DNA of 64,000 bases from an uncultured Acidobacteriota bacterium (GTDB lineage Bacteria > Acidobacteriota > Thermoanaerobaculia > UBA5066 > Gp7-AA6). Positions within the stretch are counted from its first letter, which is position 1; each line of letters begins with the position of its first letter. The translations under genes and the position numbers were made by a program. The notes beneath the pieces were generated by a model, which was given only the letters and a program-made list of their open reading frames with translations, was not told the DNA's origin and did not search any database. This document shows positions 28,936-38,351 of this stretch, piece after piece. The DNA lies in assembly GCA_963733955.1 (NCBI GenBank), contig CAVTEW010000001.1, positions 328,005 through 392,004 on the forward strand. The letters are read 5' to 3'.

Positions 28936-30351
28936 TCAGTGGAGATGCGCGGAGGGGTTTCCGGGCGGCAGGGCCGCGAAGGCGGGATGGTCGGGTTTGC
29001 CGCGCGTCAGGATGATCGCGTAGAGAAACGGCGCGAAGCTCGTGCCCTTCCGGCCGTTGATCGCGACGATGGGCGTTCCGTCGGAATCGAAGTGGGCCGC
29101 CGCGGCGATGTCCTGCTCGAGCGCCTCTCGGACCCTGGGGGAGGCGAAGCAGGAGTCCATCTGGTCCCGGGACAGGAACCGCGAGGCGATCGACATCGCC
29201 GCGTTTCCCGTCAGGCCCTCCTGCTTCTCGAAGAGAGCCGCGGCGAGGTCCGGCTCCTTGCCGGTCGGCTCGGCGCAGATCCGCAGCCTGGCGGCGACGC
29301 AGCGCACGTCGTCCCCCTCCTTGCCCGGCTGCAGGAGGGAATTACAGCGGCCGTCCAGCGGGAACTGCCGGGCGTCGACGCTGTAGCTGCCGGGCGGGAC
29401 GCTCTCGCGCAGCGTGTGGAGCGTCTGGTTCAGGCTCGCGCAGTGCTCGCAGAGGATGTCGGTGAACTCGGTGATCCGCACCGGCGCCATCTCCGCGCCG
29501 ACGAGCGCGCGCGGCGGAGGCAGGGGCTGCGGAGCCGACGCGCGGTAGATCGCCAGCGAGTCCGCGAGGGTCTGTTTCATCTGGGGGTCCAGAGACTGGA
29601 CGAGGTCGGTGAGGGCCTTGTCCCGGTCGGGGTACCCCGTCCCGGTGGAGGCTCCGTCCGCGGGGGCCTGCGAATCGGAGGAATCGGAAGGCCGGGCGGC
29701 CGTCTCCACGGCGCGGCGTCCGGCCTCTTCGGTGGACCTGGGCGTCGAGAGACCCGGATAGAGGAGGAGCAGAAACGCGGCGCCGGCGACGACGCCGGCC
29801 AGGACCGCCGCCTGCGGCCAGGGCCCGAGCCCGGCAGGACGCCAGGGTCGAAGGGCGACGACGGCGTAGGCCGCGACGAGAACGTCCATTCCGAGGCAGC
29901 CGAGGCAGACCGCGCCGGCGGCGAAGCTCGCCGCGAGCATCACCGCGGCGACGACAACGCCCGCGAGCGCGGTGAGCCGGACGGCCGAAAGGATCCGCAC
30001 CGCGGGCCTTGCCTGCGCGGCGCGCAGGAGTCCGGCCAGCGCGAGCGCGAAGGCCGCCGCGCTCCACACCAGCCCCCAGCCGGCGACGGGAAGCCCGGTG
30101 AGCCGCTGGATCGCGGACGCGAACGCGCCGTTCCAGACCGCCGAGCAATCGAGCTTGCCTTCGGCCGCGCAGAACGACCCTGCGCCCGAGCGCAGCAGCA
30201 CGAGCTCCATCCAGAGAAACACCGACCAGAGAGCGCAAAGGGCGCCCAGGACCACGAGCTTCGTCCAGGCCGAGGCGTCGATCGTGGCGACGGCTTCGGC
30301 TGAGCGGGCGTCCACCTCCGGTTGTTTCTTTTTCTTCTCCAAGCGGCTCAT
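28936..30351 (-). CDS. VKOR (vitamin K epoxide reductase) membrane domain fused to a periplasmic DsbA-like thioredoxin domain; a disulfide-bond-forming protein.
   Basis: N-terminal half has 4-5 TM segments with a CxxC in a helix (AVCLGCLGMD), typical of VKOR. C-terminal half has a thioredoxin-type CxxC (ITEFTDILCEHCASL) and DsbA-like length. Confidence 0.7.
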   Translation of the reverse strand: MSRLEKKKKQPEVDARSAEAVATIDASAWTKLVVLGALCALWSVFLWMELVLLRSGAGSFCAAEGKLDCSAVWNGAFASAIQRLTGLPVAGWGLVWSAAAFALALAGLLRAAQARPAVRILSAVRLTALAGVVVAAVMLAASFAAGAVCLGCLGMDVLVAAYAVVALRPWRPAGLGPWPQAAVLAGVVAGAAFLLLLYPGLSTPRSTEEAGRRAVETAARPSDSSDSQAPADGASTGTGYPDRDKALTDLVQSLDPQMKQTLADSLAIYRASAPQPLPPPRALVGAEMAPVRITEFTDILCEHCASLNQTLHTLRESVPPGSYSVDARQFPLDGRCNSLLQPGKEGDDVRCVAARLRICAEPTGKEPDLAAALFEKQEGLTGNAAMSIASRFLSRDQMDSCFASPRVREALEQDIAAAAHFDSDGTPIVAINGRKGTSFAPFLYAIILTRGKPDHPAFAALPPGNPSAHLH

Positions 30352-30624
30352 TCTGGCACGGCCGGGGACGCGGGTCCGCGACCCGGGCTCCCGCCCCGGC
30401 GAGTGCCGATTTCTCATCACACTGTCGAGAAACCCGCAGACACAACCTCCCCGGTCGGCCGGCGGGAGCACACGACTCGGGAGCGCAGGCCTCTCATTGC
30501 AGGAGCTTTCCCCGCTTTCCGCGCGCCCGGGCCGCCGTGGCACGAAACGTGGGATTGCCGACTGCCGGCGGCGGCGGTCGATTTGGAGACTCGCCGTTCG
30601 TCCTACTCAAGGAGAGCGACGCCG

Positions 30625-30915
30625 ATGTCTCAACGATGCGTGGAAATGTTGCTGGGAAAGATCCTGACGGACGAGGATTTTCGGCGGTCCTTTTTTTCTT
30701 CACGGGCGTTGCCCGATCGGACTCCCAATTTCGAGGTCGCCGCGTCCCAGGGCCTGGAGCTGACGCCGGTCGAGCGCAGCGCGCTGTCGGCGTTGAAGCG
30801 CCGCCGGTTCGACCTGATCGCCCAGACGCTCGATCCCCGCATCGCGCGGTCCAACGTCTCCTCGCGGGAGACGCCGGCGTCCTCCGCGCGGTGCGAAACC
30901 AAGGACTATTCATGA
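30625..30915 (+). CDS. Small protein (96 aa) translationally coupled to the downstream tolC. The N-terminal 60 aa resemble leader-like small proteins of the LTDExFRxxFF type (Franean1_4349-like, from memory).
   Basis: AAGGAGAG RBS 9 nt before ATG 30625. Translation MSQRCVEMLLGKILTDEDFRRSFFSSRALPDRTPNFEVAASQGLELTPVERSALSALKRRRFDLIAQTLDPRIA. Its TGA stop overlaps the tolC ATG (ttcATGAaa at 30912-30915). Confidence 0.5.
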   Translation: MSQRCVEMLLGKILTDEDFRRSFFSSRALPDRTPNFEVAASQGLELTPVERSALSALKRRRFDLIAQTLDPRIARSNVSSRETPASSARCETKDYS

Positions 30916-32510
30916 AATGGCTTTCGGCTTCTTCGATGCTTCTGGCCGGCGCAATTCTCTCCGCGGCCGAGCCCGCGCCGCGGCCGCTGGCGCTGTCCCT
31001 CGCGGACGCCACCCGGCGGGCCCTCCAGCGCAACACCAGCCTCGCGGTCGAGCGCGAGAACGTCGTCCAGGCGGACTCCGGTGTAACCAGCGCGCGGGGC
31101 GCCTATGACGTTCTCTGGAGCGCGAACTTCGCGTGGGAGAAGAACACCGATCCGGTCAACTCGATCTTCTCGGGAGCGCCGGCGGGACTGCTCGCTCCGG
31201 ACAACCAGAGCGTCGAGGCCTCGACCGGCCTCTCGCAGCTTCTGCCCACGGGGGGATCGGTCTCGCTCTTCACCAACTGGGGCCGCGCGACGACCAACGG
31301 AGTCTTCACGATTCTGTCTCCGGCCTACGACACCGGCGTGGGCGTGTCGTTCGCGCAGCCGCTCCTTCGGAATCTCCGCGTGGATCCCGCGCGCGAGGCG
31401 ATCCGGGTCGCCGCGGCGGTCCGCAGCGCTTCGCGGGCGCGCTTGGCGCGGACGGTCTCCGAGACGGTCGCGGTGGTGGACACCGCATACTGGAGCCTGG
31501 TCGCCGCGCGGCGGGACGTCGTCTCCCTGGAGAGCTCCGTCGAGCTGGCCGGCCGCCAGCTCTCCGAGACGAAGACCCGGGCCGAGGCCGGCACGCTGGC
31601 CCGGACGGACGTCGCCCAGCCCACGGCGGAGCTCGAGCGGCGCAAGGGCGACCTCGCCCTGGCGCGCCGGCGGGTGGAAGAGGCCGAGAACGCGCTGAAG
31701 CTGCTGGTCCTGGGCGACCCGAGCGATCCGGATTGGGCCGCGGACCTCGTGCCGGGCGACGCTGCCGAGACGGACGTGCAGAAGCCGAGCCTCTCCGACT
31801 CCCTGGCCGCGGGGCTGGCCCGGCGTCCGGAGATCGCGGAGGCCCGCGCCCAACGCGAGCGCGCCCGGGTCCAGGTGGAGGGACGCCGGAGCGACCTCCT
31901 GCCGCGCCTCGACGTCGTCGCGTCCTACCAGCGCCGCGGGCTCGCCGGAGGCGTGAACCCGGACGCCGTGGGCTTCACCGGGGAGCCTGTCGTCGCGCCG
32001 GCGCCACTGTCCGGAGGGGCCGGACGCTCCTACGGGACGATCGGCGAGAACCGATTCCCCGACGCGTCGGCGGGCCTGGCCTTTTCGTTTCCGCTGGGGA
32101 ACCGCACGGCGAAGGCGAATCTCGCGGCGGCCAGGTCGCGGGTCGCGCAGACCTCCTACGGAATCACCGCCGCACAGCAGCAGGTCGGCGCCGAAGTGCG
32201 CAACGCGGTCTTCGCTCTGGAGACGGCCGTGCAGCGCATCGCGGCCGCCCGCGCCGCGCGCGCGGCCGCGGAGACGCAGCTCTCCTCGGAAGAGGAGCGA
32301 TTTCAGGCGGGGCTCTCGACGAATTTCCTGGTTTTGACGCGCCAGAACGATTTGACCAACGCCCGGGTCACGGAGACCTCGGCGCTGACCGACTACCGCA
32401 AGGCCGACACCGAGCTCGACCAGGCCGAGGGGGTCCTGCTCGAGCGACGCGGCATCACGATCGACGATTCGGGGAGGAGCAACGCTTCGGGTTCCGGAGG
32501 TGTTCGATGA
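30912..32510 (+). CDS. TolC-family outer membrane efflux protein.
   Basis: Signal peptide MKWLSASSMLLAGAILSAAEP. Two tandem OEP repeats (LSLADATRRALQRN..., ...LSDSLAAGLARRPEIAEARAQRERA...). Length ~530 aa. Confidence 0.85.
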   Translation: MKWLSASSMLLAGAILSAAEPAPRPLALSLADATRRALQRNTSLAVERENVVQADSGVTSARGAYDVLWSANFAWEKNTDPVNSIFSGAPAGLLAPDNQSVEASTGLSQLLPTGGSVSLFTNWGRATTNGVFTILSPAYDTGVGVSFAQPLLRNLRVDPAREAIRVAAAVRSASRARLARTVSETVAVVDTAYWSLVAARRDVVSLESSVELAGRQLSETKTRAEAGTLARTDVAQPTAELERRKGDLALARRRVEEAENALKLLVLGDPSDPDWAADLVPGDAAETDVQKPSLSDSLAAGLARRPEIAEARAQRERARVQVEGRRSDLLPRLDVVASYQRRGLAGGVNPDAVGFTGEPVVAPAPLSGGAGRSYGTIGENRFPDASAGLAFSFPLGNRTAKANLAAARSRVAQTSYGITAAQQQVGAEVRNAVFALETAVQRIAAARAARAAAETQLSSEEERFQAGLSTNFLVLTRQNDLTNARVTETSALTDYRKADTELDQAEGVLLERRGITIDDSGRSNASGSGGVR

Positions 32511-32529
32511 AGGGGGAGGTTTCTCTGTC

Positions 32530-33681
32530 ATGAAGAAACGGATGATTCTCATGTTGATCGCGGTGGCCGTCTTCCTCACGGCCGTCGGCGCGGTGAAGAC
32601 CGTGCAGGTGCGGGCGGCCATCGCGCACTACAAGTCTTTTCAGCCGCCGCCCGAGGCGGTGACCACGATCGTGGCCCGCCGGGAAGAGTGGCCGGCGAGC
32701 TTCTCCGCCATCGGCACGGTGGCCGCCGTCCACGGTGTCACGGTCAGCGCGGACCTGCCGGGGGTGGTCGACCGGATCCACTTCGAGTCGGGTGTGTTCG
32801 TCCGCGAGGGCACCGTCCTCGTCGAGCTCGACACCCGCCAGGAGCGGGCGCAGCTCGCCGCCGCGATCGCGGCGCAGAAGCTGGCGCGCCTGAACTTCGA
32901 CCGGCTCTCCGGGCTTCGCGACAAGGGAGTCATCTCCGAGTCGGACTACGACAAGGCCGCGGCCGAGCAGACCGAGGGCGAGGCCAAGGTCGGCGAGATC
33001 CGGGCCACGATCGCGCGCAAGACCATCCGCGCTCCCTTTTCCGGGGTCCTGGGAATCCGCCAGATCAACCTCGGGCAGTACCTTGCCGGAGGCGCCGCGA
33101 TCGTGCCGCTGCAGTCTCTCGATCCGATCTACGTGAACTTTTCACTGCCGCAGCAGGACGTCGGCCGCCTTCAGATCGGCGCCGCGGTCCGCGTGAGCAC
33201 GGACGCTTCGCCGGGGGACGCTCCCGCGGCGGCCGGCCGGGCCGAGCGCGCCGGGAAGATCACCGCCGTCGATTCCGTCGTCAACGAAGAGACCCGGAAC
33301 GTTCAGGTCCAGGCGACGCTGGCCAACCCGGAGCAGAAACTCAAGCCCGGAATGTTCGTACAGGCCCAGGTCCTCCTGCCGGCGTCCTCCGCGGTCGTCT
33401 CGCTCCCCGCCTCGGCGATCAACTACGCGCCCTACGGCGACTCCGTCTTCGTCGTCGCGGACCTGAAGGCCCGCGACGGGAAGGCCTACCGCGGCGTGCG
33501 CCAGCAGTTCGTGAAGCTCGGCCCCGCCCGCGGCGATCAGGTCGCGGTGACCTCCGGCGTCCAGGCGGGCGAAGAGGTCGTGACGTCGGGGGTCTTCAAG
33601 CTGCGCAACGGCGCCGCCGTCCAGATCAATAACAAGGTCCAGCCGGCGGACAACCCGGCTCCCAGGCCCGAGGATTCCTAA
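32530..33681 (+). CDS. Efflux RND transporter periplasmic adaptor subunit (HlyD/MFP family).
   Basis: N-terminal TM anchor, coiled-coil hairpin, and beta-barrel/MP domain motifs (IRAPFSGVLGIRQINLGQYL...). It lies between tolC and the RND permease. Confidence 0.85.
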   Translation: MKKRMILMLIAVAVFLTAVGAVKTVQVRAAIAHYKSFQPPPEAVTTIVARREEWPASFSAIGTVAAVHGVTVSADLPGVVDRIHFESGVFVREGTVLVELDTRQERAQLAAAIAAQKLARLNFDRLSGLRDKGVISESDYDKAAAEQTEGEAKVGEIRATIARKTIRAPFSGVLGIRQINLGQYLAGGAAIVPLQSLDPIYVNFSLPQQDVGRLQIGAAVRVSTDASPGDAPAAAGRAERAGKITAVDSVVNEETRNVQVQATLANPEQKLKPGMFVQAQVLLPASSAVVSLPASAINYAPYGDSVFVVADLKARDGKAYRGVRQQFVKLGPARGDQVAVTSGVQAGEEVVTSGVFKLRNGAAVQINNKVQPADNPAPRPEDS

Positions 33682-33682
33682 G

Positions 33683-36600
33683 ATGAAATTCACCGATCTG
33701 TTCATCCGACGGCCCGTCCTGGCCATCGTGGTCAACCTGGTGATCCTGATCGCCGGGGTGCAGGCGATCCGCTCGCTCTCGGTGCGCCAGTTTCCGCGCA
33801 GCGACATCGCCGTGGTCAAGGTCACGACCAGCTACGTCGGCGCCAACGCCGATCTGGTCAGAGGGTTCATCACCACGCCGCTCGAGCGCGTGATCGCCAG
33901 CGCCGACGGCATCGACTACATGGAATCCTCGAGCGCCCAGGGCGTCTCGACGATCACCGTGCACTTGAAGCTGAACTACGACACCAACGCCGCGCTGACC
34001 CAGGTCCAGGCCAAGGTGGCCCAGGTCCGCAACGACCTGCCCCCCGAGGCCGAGGCGCCGGTGATCGAGCTGGAGACCGCGGACACGCAGTTCGCCTCGA
34101 TGTACATCGGGTTTTCGTCGCCCGAGCTCGACCAGAACCAGATCACCGATTACCTGACGCGCGTCGTGCAGCCCAAGCTCTCGGCGATCTCCGGAGTGCA
34201 GCGCGCCGACATTCTCGGCAGCCGCACCTTCGCCATGCGCGTCTGGTTGAAGCCCGACAAGATGGCCGCGCTCCAGATCTCGCCGTCGCAGGTGCGTGAC
34301 GCGCTGGCGAACAACAACTATCTGGCCGCCCTGGGCCGGACCAAGGGCTCCATGGTCTCGGTCAACCTGGTCGCCAACACGAACCTCAAGACGGCCGAGG
34401 AGTTCAAGAACCTGGTGGTCAAGGAGGACAAGGGCGTCATCGTCCGGCTGGGCGAGATCGCCGACGTCGTGCTCGGCGCGGAGGACTACGAGTCCGACGT
34501 GCGCTTCAACGGCCAGACCGCGACTTTCATGGGCGTCTGGGTCCTGCCGACGGCCAACTCGCTCGACGTGATCCGCAAGGTGCGCGCGGCGCTGCCGGAG
34601 ATCCAGTCCCAGCTTCCCGCCGGGATGAAAGTCGGGATTCCCTACGACTCGACCGGATACATCCAGGACGCCATCAACGAAGTCTTGAAGACGCTGTCCA
34701 TCACTCTTCTGATCGTCATCGTCGTGATCTTCCTCTTCCTGGGGTCCTTCCGCTCGGTGCTCATCCCGATCATCGCGATCCCCGTGTCGCTGGTGGGCGC
34801 GGTCTTCCTGATGCTGGTGGCCGGCTTCACCATCAATCTGCTGACGCTTCTGGGCATCGTGCTCTCGGTCGGCCTGGTGGTCGACGACGCCATCATCATC
34901 GTCGAGAACGTGGAGCGGCACCTCCATCTGGGGGAGACGCCGTACCAGGCGGCGATCCGCGCCGCCCGCGAGCTGCGCGGCCCGATCATCGCCATGACCA
35001 TCACGCTCGCCGCGGTGTACGCCCCCATCGGCATCCAGGGGGGCCTGACCGGCGCGCTCTTCCGCGAGTTCGCCTTCACTCTGGCCGGCGCCGTGATCAT
35101 TTCCGGCGTCGTGGCGCTGACGCTCTCGCCGATGATGGCCTCCAAGCTCCTGCGCGCGGGAGACACCGAGCGCGGGTTCGCCGGCTGGGTCAACCGGCGC
35201 TTCGAGGGCGTCCGGAGCACCTACGGGCGCCTTCTGACCGGCACGCTCCAGTACCGGCCGGTCGTCTTCACGCTGTGGGCGATCGTCGCCCTCCTGATCG
35301 TTCCGTTTTACATGTTTTCGCAGAAGGAGCTCGCGCCCAACGAGGATCAGAGCGTGGTGTTCGGAATCGTGCAGGCCGCGCCCAACGCCACCATCGACCA
35401 GACCAAGCTCTTCGCCTCGCAGGTCCACGACGCCTACCGCTCGTTCCCCGAGGCCGAGAGCATCTTCCAGATCACGTCCCCGACCGGCGGGTTCGGCGGC
35501 ATGGTCACCAAGCCCTGGAGCCAGCGCAAGAAGACGACCGAACAGCTCCAGGTCGAAGCGGCGGCCAAGGTCTCGAAGATCCCCGGCGTGCGCGTGATCT
35601 CGCTCATTCCGCCGGCCCTTCCTGGAGGCGGCGATTTCCCGGTCGACTTCGTCATCGCCTCGACCGCGGAGCCGCAGCGCCTGACCGAGTTCGCCAACCA
35701 GCTCGTGCAGAAGGCCTTCGCCAGCGGCCTCTTCATGTTCGCCGACTCGGATCTGAAGTTCGACCAGCCGCAGGCCGAGGTCGTCTTCGATCGCGACAAG
35801 GTCCGCGCCCAGGGCGTCGACCTCTCGCAGGCGGGTCGGGATCTCTCGACCATGCTCGGAGGCGACTACGTCAACCGCTTCTCGATCCAGGGCCGGAGCT
35901 ACAAGGTCATCCCCCAGGTCAAGCGCGCGGAGCGTCTGACGCCGCAGCAGCTCGAGCAGATCTACGTCAAGGGCGCGGGCGACAAGCTCGTGCCTCTGTC
36001 GACCTTCGCCTCGTTGAAGACCACGACCGAGCCGCGGGAGTTGAAGCGCTTCCAGCAGTTGAACGCGGTCCGGATCCAGGGCGTCATCCCGCCGGGCGTG
36101 TCGCTCGACAAGGCGCTCAAGTTCCTGGAAGACGAAGCGGCCAAGTCTCTGCCCAAGGGCTTCACCGTCGACTACGCGGGCGAATCGCGGCAGCTGCGGA
36201 CCGAAGGAGGCAAGTTCCTCGGCACGTTCCTGCTGTCGGGCATCCTCATCTACCTGGTGCTCGCCGCCCAGTTCGAGAGCTTCCGCGATCCGTTCATCGT
36301 CCTGGCCGGCTCGGTCCCGCTGGCGCTCTCGGGGTCCCTGCTCTTCTCCTTCCTGGGCTTCACGACCCTGAACATCTACAGCCAGGTCGGTCTGATCACG
36401 CTGGTCGGCCTGGTGGCCAAGAACGGCATCCTGATCGTCGAGTTCGCCAACAACCTCCAGGAGGAAGGCAAGAGCAAGATCGAGGCGGTCATCGAGGCCG
36501 CGACGACCCGGCTGCGCCCGATCCTGATGACCACCGCCGCGACGGTCATGGGGCACTTCCCGCTCGTGTTCGCCACCGGCCCGGGGGCCGGCGCGCGCAA

Positions 36601-36766
36601 CTCGATCGGCATGATGCTGGTGACCGGCATGATCATCGGGACGGCCTTCACGCTCTTCGTCGTGCCGTCGATCTACGTGCTGGTGGCGCGGACGCGCGCG
36701 CGGTCGGCGTCGGGCGGCCTGGAGGAGTCCGAGCCGGAGGCCCCCGCGCTGGAAGCCGCCGTCTGA
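33683..36766 (+). CDS. RND superfamily efflux permease (AcrB/MdtB/HAE1-like), 12 TM segments.
   Basis: 1027-aa ORF with the two large periplasmic loops and conserved TM4/TM10 regions (GLVVDDAIIIVENVERH..., AKNGILIVEFANNL...). Start is 2 nt after the adaptor stop. Confidence 0.9.
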   Translation: MKFTDLFIRRPVLAIVVNLVILIAGVQAIRSLSVRQFPRSDIAVVKVTTSYVGANADLVRGFITTPLERVIASADGIDYMESSSAQGVSTITVHLKLNYDTNAALTQVQAKVAQVRNDLPPEAEAPVIELETADTQFASMYIGFSSPELDQNQITDYLTRVVQPKLSAISGVQRADILGSRTFAMRVWLKPDKMAALQISPSQVRDALANNNYLAALGRTKGSMVSVNLVANTNLKTAEEFKNLVVKEDKGVIVRLGEIADVVLGAEDYESDVRFNGQTATFMGVWVLPTANSLDVIRKVRAALPEIQSQLPAGMKVGIPYDSTGYIQDAINEVLKTLSITLLIVIVVIFLFLGSFRSVLIPIIAIPVSLVGAVFLMLVAGFTINLLTLLGIVLSVGLVVDDAIIIVENVERHLHLGETPYQAAIRAARELRGPIIAMTITLAAVYAPIGIQGGLTGALFREFAFTLAGAVIISGVVALTLSPMMASKLLRAGDTERGFAGWVNRRFEGVRSTYGRLLTGTLQYRPVVFTLWAIVALLIVPFYMFSQKELAPNEDQSVVFGIVQAAPNATIDQTKLFASQVHDAYRSFPEAESIFQITSPTGGFGGMVTKPWSQRKKTTEQLQVEAAAKVSKIPGVRVISLIPPALPGGGDFPVDFVIASTAEPQRLTEFANQLVQKAFASGLFMFADSDLKFDQPQAEVVFDRDKVRAQGVDLSQAGRDLSTMLGGDYVNRFSIQGRSYKVIPQVKRAERLTPQQLEQIYVKGAGDKLVPLSTFASLKTTTEPRELKRFQQLNAVRIQGVIPPGVSLDKALKFLEDEAAKSLPKGFTVDYAGESRQLRTEGGKFLGTFLLSGILIYLVLAAQFESFRDPFIVLAGSVPLALSGSLLFSFLGFTTLNIYSQVGLITLVGLVAKNGILIVEFANNLQEEGKSKIEAVIEAATTRLRPILMTTAATVMGHFPLVFATGPGAGARNSIGMMLVTGMIIGTAFTLFVVPSIYVLVARTRARSASGGLEESEPEAPALEAAV

Positions 36767-36794
36767 CCGGAATCCCGGGGAAAGGAGACACGCC

Positions 36795-37304
36795 ATGTGG
36801 GACGAGGTGGTCGAGAAAGAGGTCCGCTTGCTCTACCAGGACCTTTCGGGTCGATGGAACCGGCGCGACGCCGACGGGATCGCCGAGCTCTTCGAGGAGC
36901 AGGGCTCCCTGGTCGGTTTCGATGGGGACCCGGTCGACGGACGCGCGCGGATCGCGGCGCATCTGAAGGCGCTCTTCGCCAAGCCGAAGACGCCGGCCTA
37001 CGCCGCGCAGGTCGAAGACATCCGTCTGGTGACGCCCGAGGTGGCCGTGTTGCGGGCCGTCGCGGGAATCGTGCTTCCGGGCGGGCCGGCCGCGGGCTCG
37101 GTGACCGCCCTTCAGACCCTGGTGGCGGCGAAGGGCCGCGATCGTTGGGCGATTGCGCTCTTTCACAGCAGTCCCGCCTTGGGGCACGAGGGACCGGAAG
37201 CGGTTCTCGCTCCCCGGTCCGCACCGGCGCCGCCGCCGCTTTCGATCGCAGTCGAGAGGCGGCCGCTCGAGCGGGCCCGCCGAGTCATGTCGCTCGCTCC
37301 ATGA
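36795..37304 (+). CDS. SgcJ/EcaC-family NTF2-like (DUF4440) protein.
   Basis: MWDEVVEKEVRLLYQDLSGRWNRRDADGIAELFEEQGSLVGFDG... matches the SgcJ/EcaC pattern. Confidence 0.6.
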   Translation: MWDEVVEKEVRLLYQDLSGRWNRRDADGIAELFEEQGSLVGFDGDPVDGRARIAAHLKALFAKPKTPAYAAQVEDIRLVTPEVAVLRAVAGIVLPGGPAAGSVTALQTLVAAKGRDRWAIALFHSSPALGHEGPEAVLAPRSAPAPPPLSIAVERRPLERARRVMSLAP

Positions 37305-37317
37305 GGAGATTCCAGAT

Positions 37318-38290
37318 GCAATCCTCCGCTCCAAAGCACTCCGCGGCGGTTCCGGAGCCGGCGGCCGATGTTTCGGCTCGGCGATCGGCAGCGGAAATGC
37401 CAGCGCGCGGCCGAGGCATGGGCTTCTTCGCTCGCACGCTGTCCCACAGCGCCACGATGGGATTCACCGTGATGGGCTTCACGCTCCAGATCCCCATCGG
37501 CACGGCCGTGGGCCGATGGCTGAGCCGGATGATCGCGCTGCCCCAGTTGAAGAAATTGGTCGACGCGCGGATTCCCTGGACGCCGCTTTGCAAGCCGCTC
37601 TCGGAGGCCACCGTCGTCCTGATCAGCACAGGCGGGGTGCACTTGAAGAGCGATCCGCCGTTTCACCTGAACAGCGACTCGTCCTTCCGCGTCATCCCCG
37701 GGGACGCGAAACAGGGCGATCTGGCCATCTCCCACCAGGCCTACGACCGCACGGACGCGTGGAAGGACATCAACCTCGTCTTTCCGATCGAGAGGCTGCG
37801 CGAGCTCGAGAGGGAGCGAGTGCTCGGACGGCTCGCCGCCGAGCACTACGGCTTCGGCCTGATGGGCAGCGCCCGGAAGCTGATGCCGTCGATCCGGGAG
37901 GTCGCGCGGCGCGTCCGGGCGTCGGGCGTCGATCTGGCTCTGCTGGTGCCCGCTTGACCCATCTGCACGCGGTCCGTCGGACTGCTTGCCAGAGAGATCG
38001 AGGCCCAGGGCGTCACGACGGTCGCGCTGGCCCTGGTGAAAGAAGTCGCGGTGGCCGCTCGCGCGCCGCGCTTCCTCTACGTGCACTGGCCCTTCGGCCA
38101 CGCCCTGGGCGAGCCCGGCAACGTCACCCAGCAACGCACCGTGCTTCACGACATGCTCTCGATGGCTGTCGCCGCGCCGCGTCCCGGCCTGGTCCTCGAC
38201 CTGCCGTACCGCTGGCGGCGCGAGACGTACGCGCCGAAAATCGACTGGAAGACTCCGAGCAAGGTGGTCGCCGCCGCGTTGTCGTCCTGA
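37318..38290 (+). CDS. Candidate selenoprotein, second GRDB/PrdB-like family member. In-frame TGA at 37955-37957 is read as Sec in a U-P-I-C (UxxC) motif.
   Basis: GAGGAG RBS 7 nt before ATG 37318. Translation reads ...VRASGVDLALLVPA[TGA]PICTRSVGLLAREIEAQGVTTVALALVKEVAVAARAPRFLYVHWPFGH... and continues in frame to 38290, merging track ORFs 36797..37957 and 38036..38290. It is a paralog (~35% identity) of 15115..15858 with the Sec at the homologous position. Hairpin GCGGUCC-GUC-GGACUGC begins 12 nt after the UGA. Confidence 0.65.
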
Positions 38291-38351
38291 GCCCGAGCGG
38301 CTAGCGCTCGCGGAGCAAGACCGTCGTGATCGAAAGCCCTGAGGAGGGGAC

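Noticed and set aside
30536-30557. TGGCACGAAACGTGGGATTGCC, considered as a sigma-54 (-24/-12) promoter for the small-ORF-tolC operon near the sigma-54 activator.
   Set aside because: The GG-to-GC spacing is ~16 nt instead of 10, so it does not fit the TGGCAC-N5-TTGC geometry. No convincing sigma-54 promoter was found by eye.
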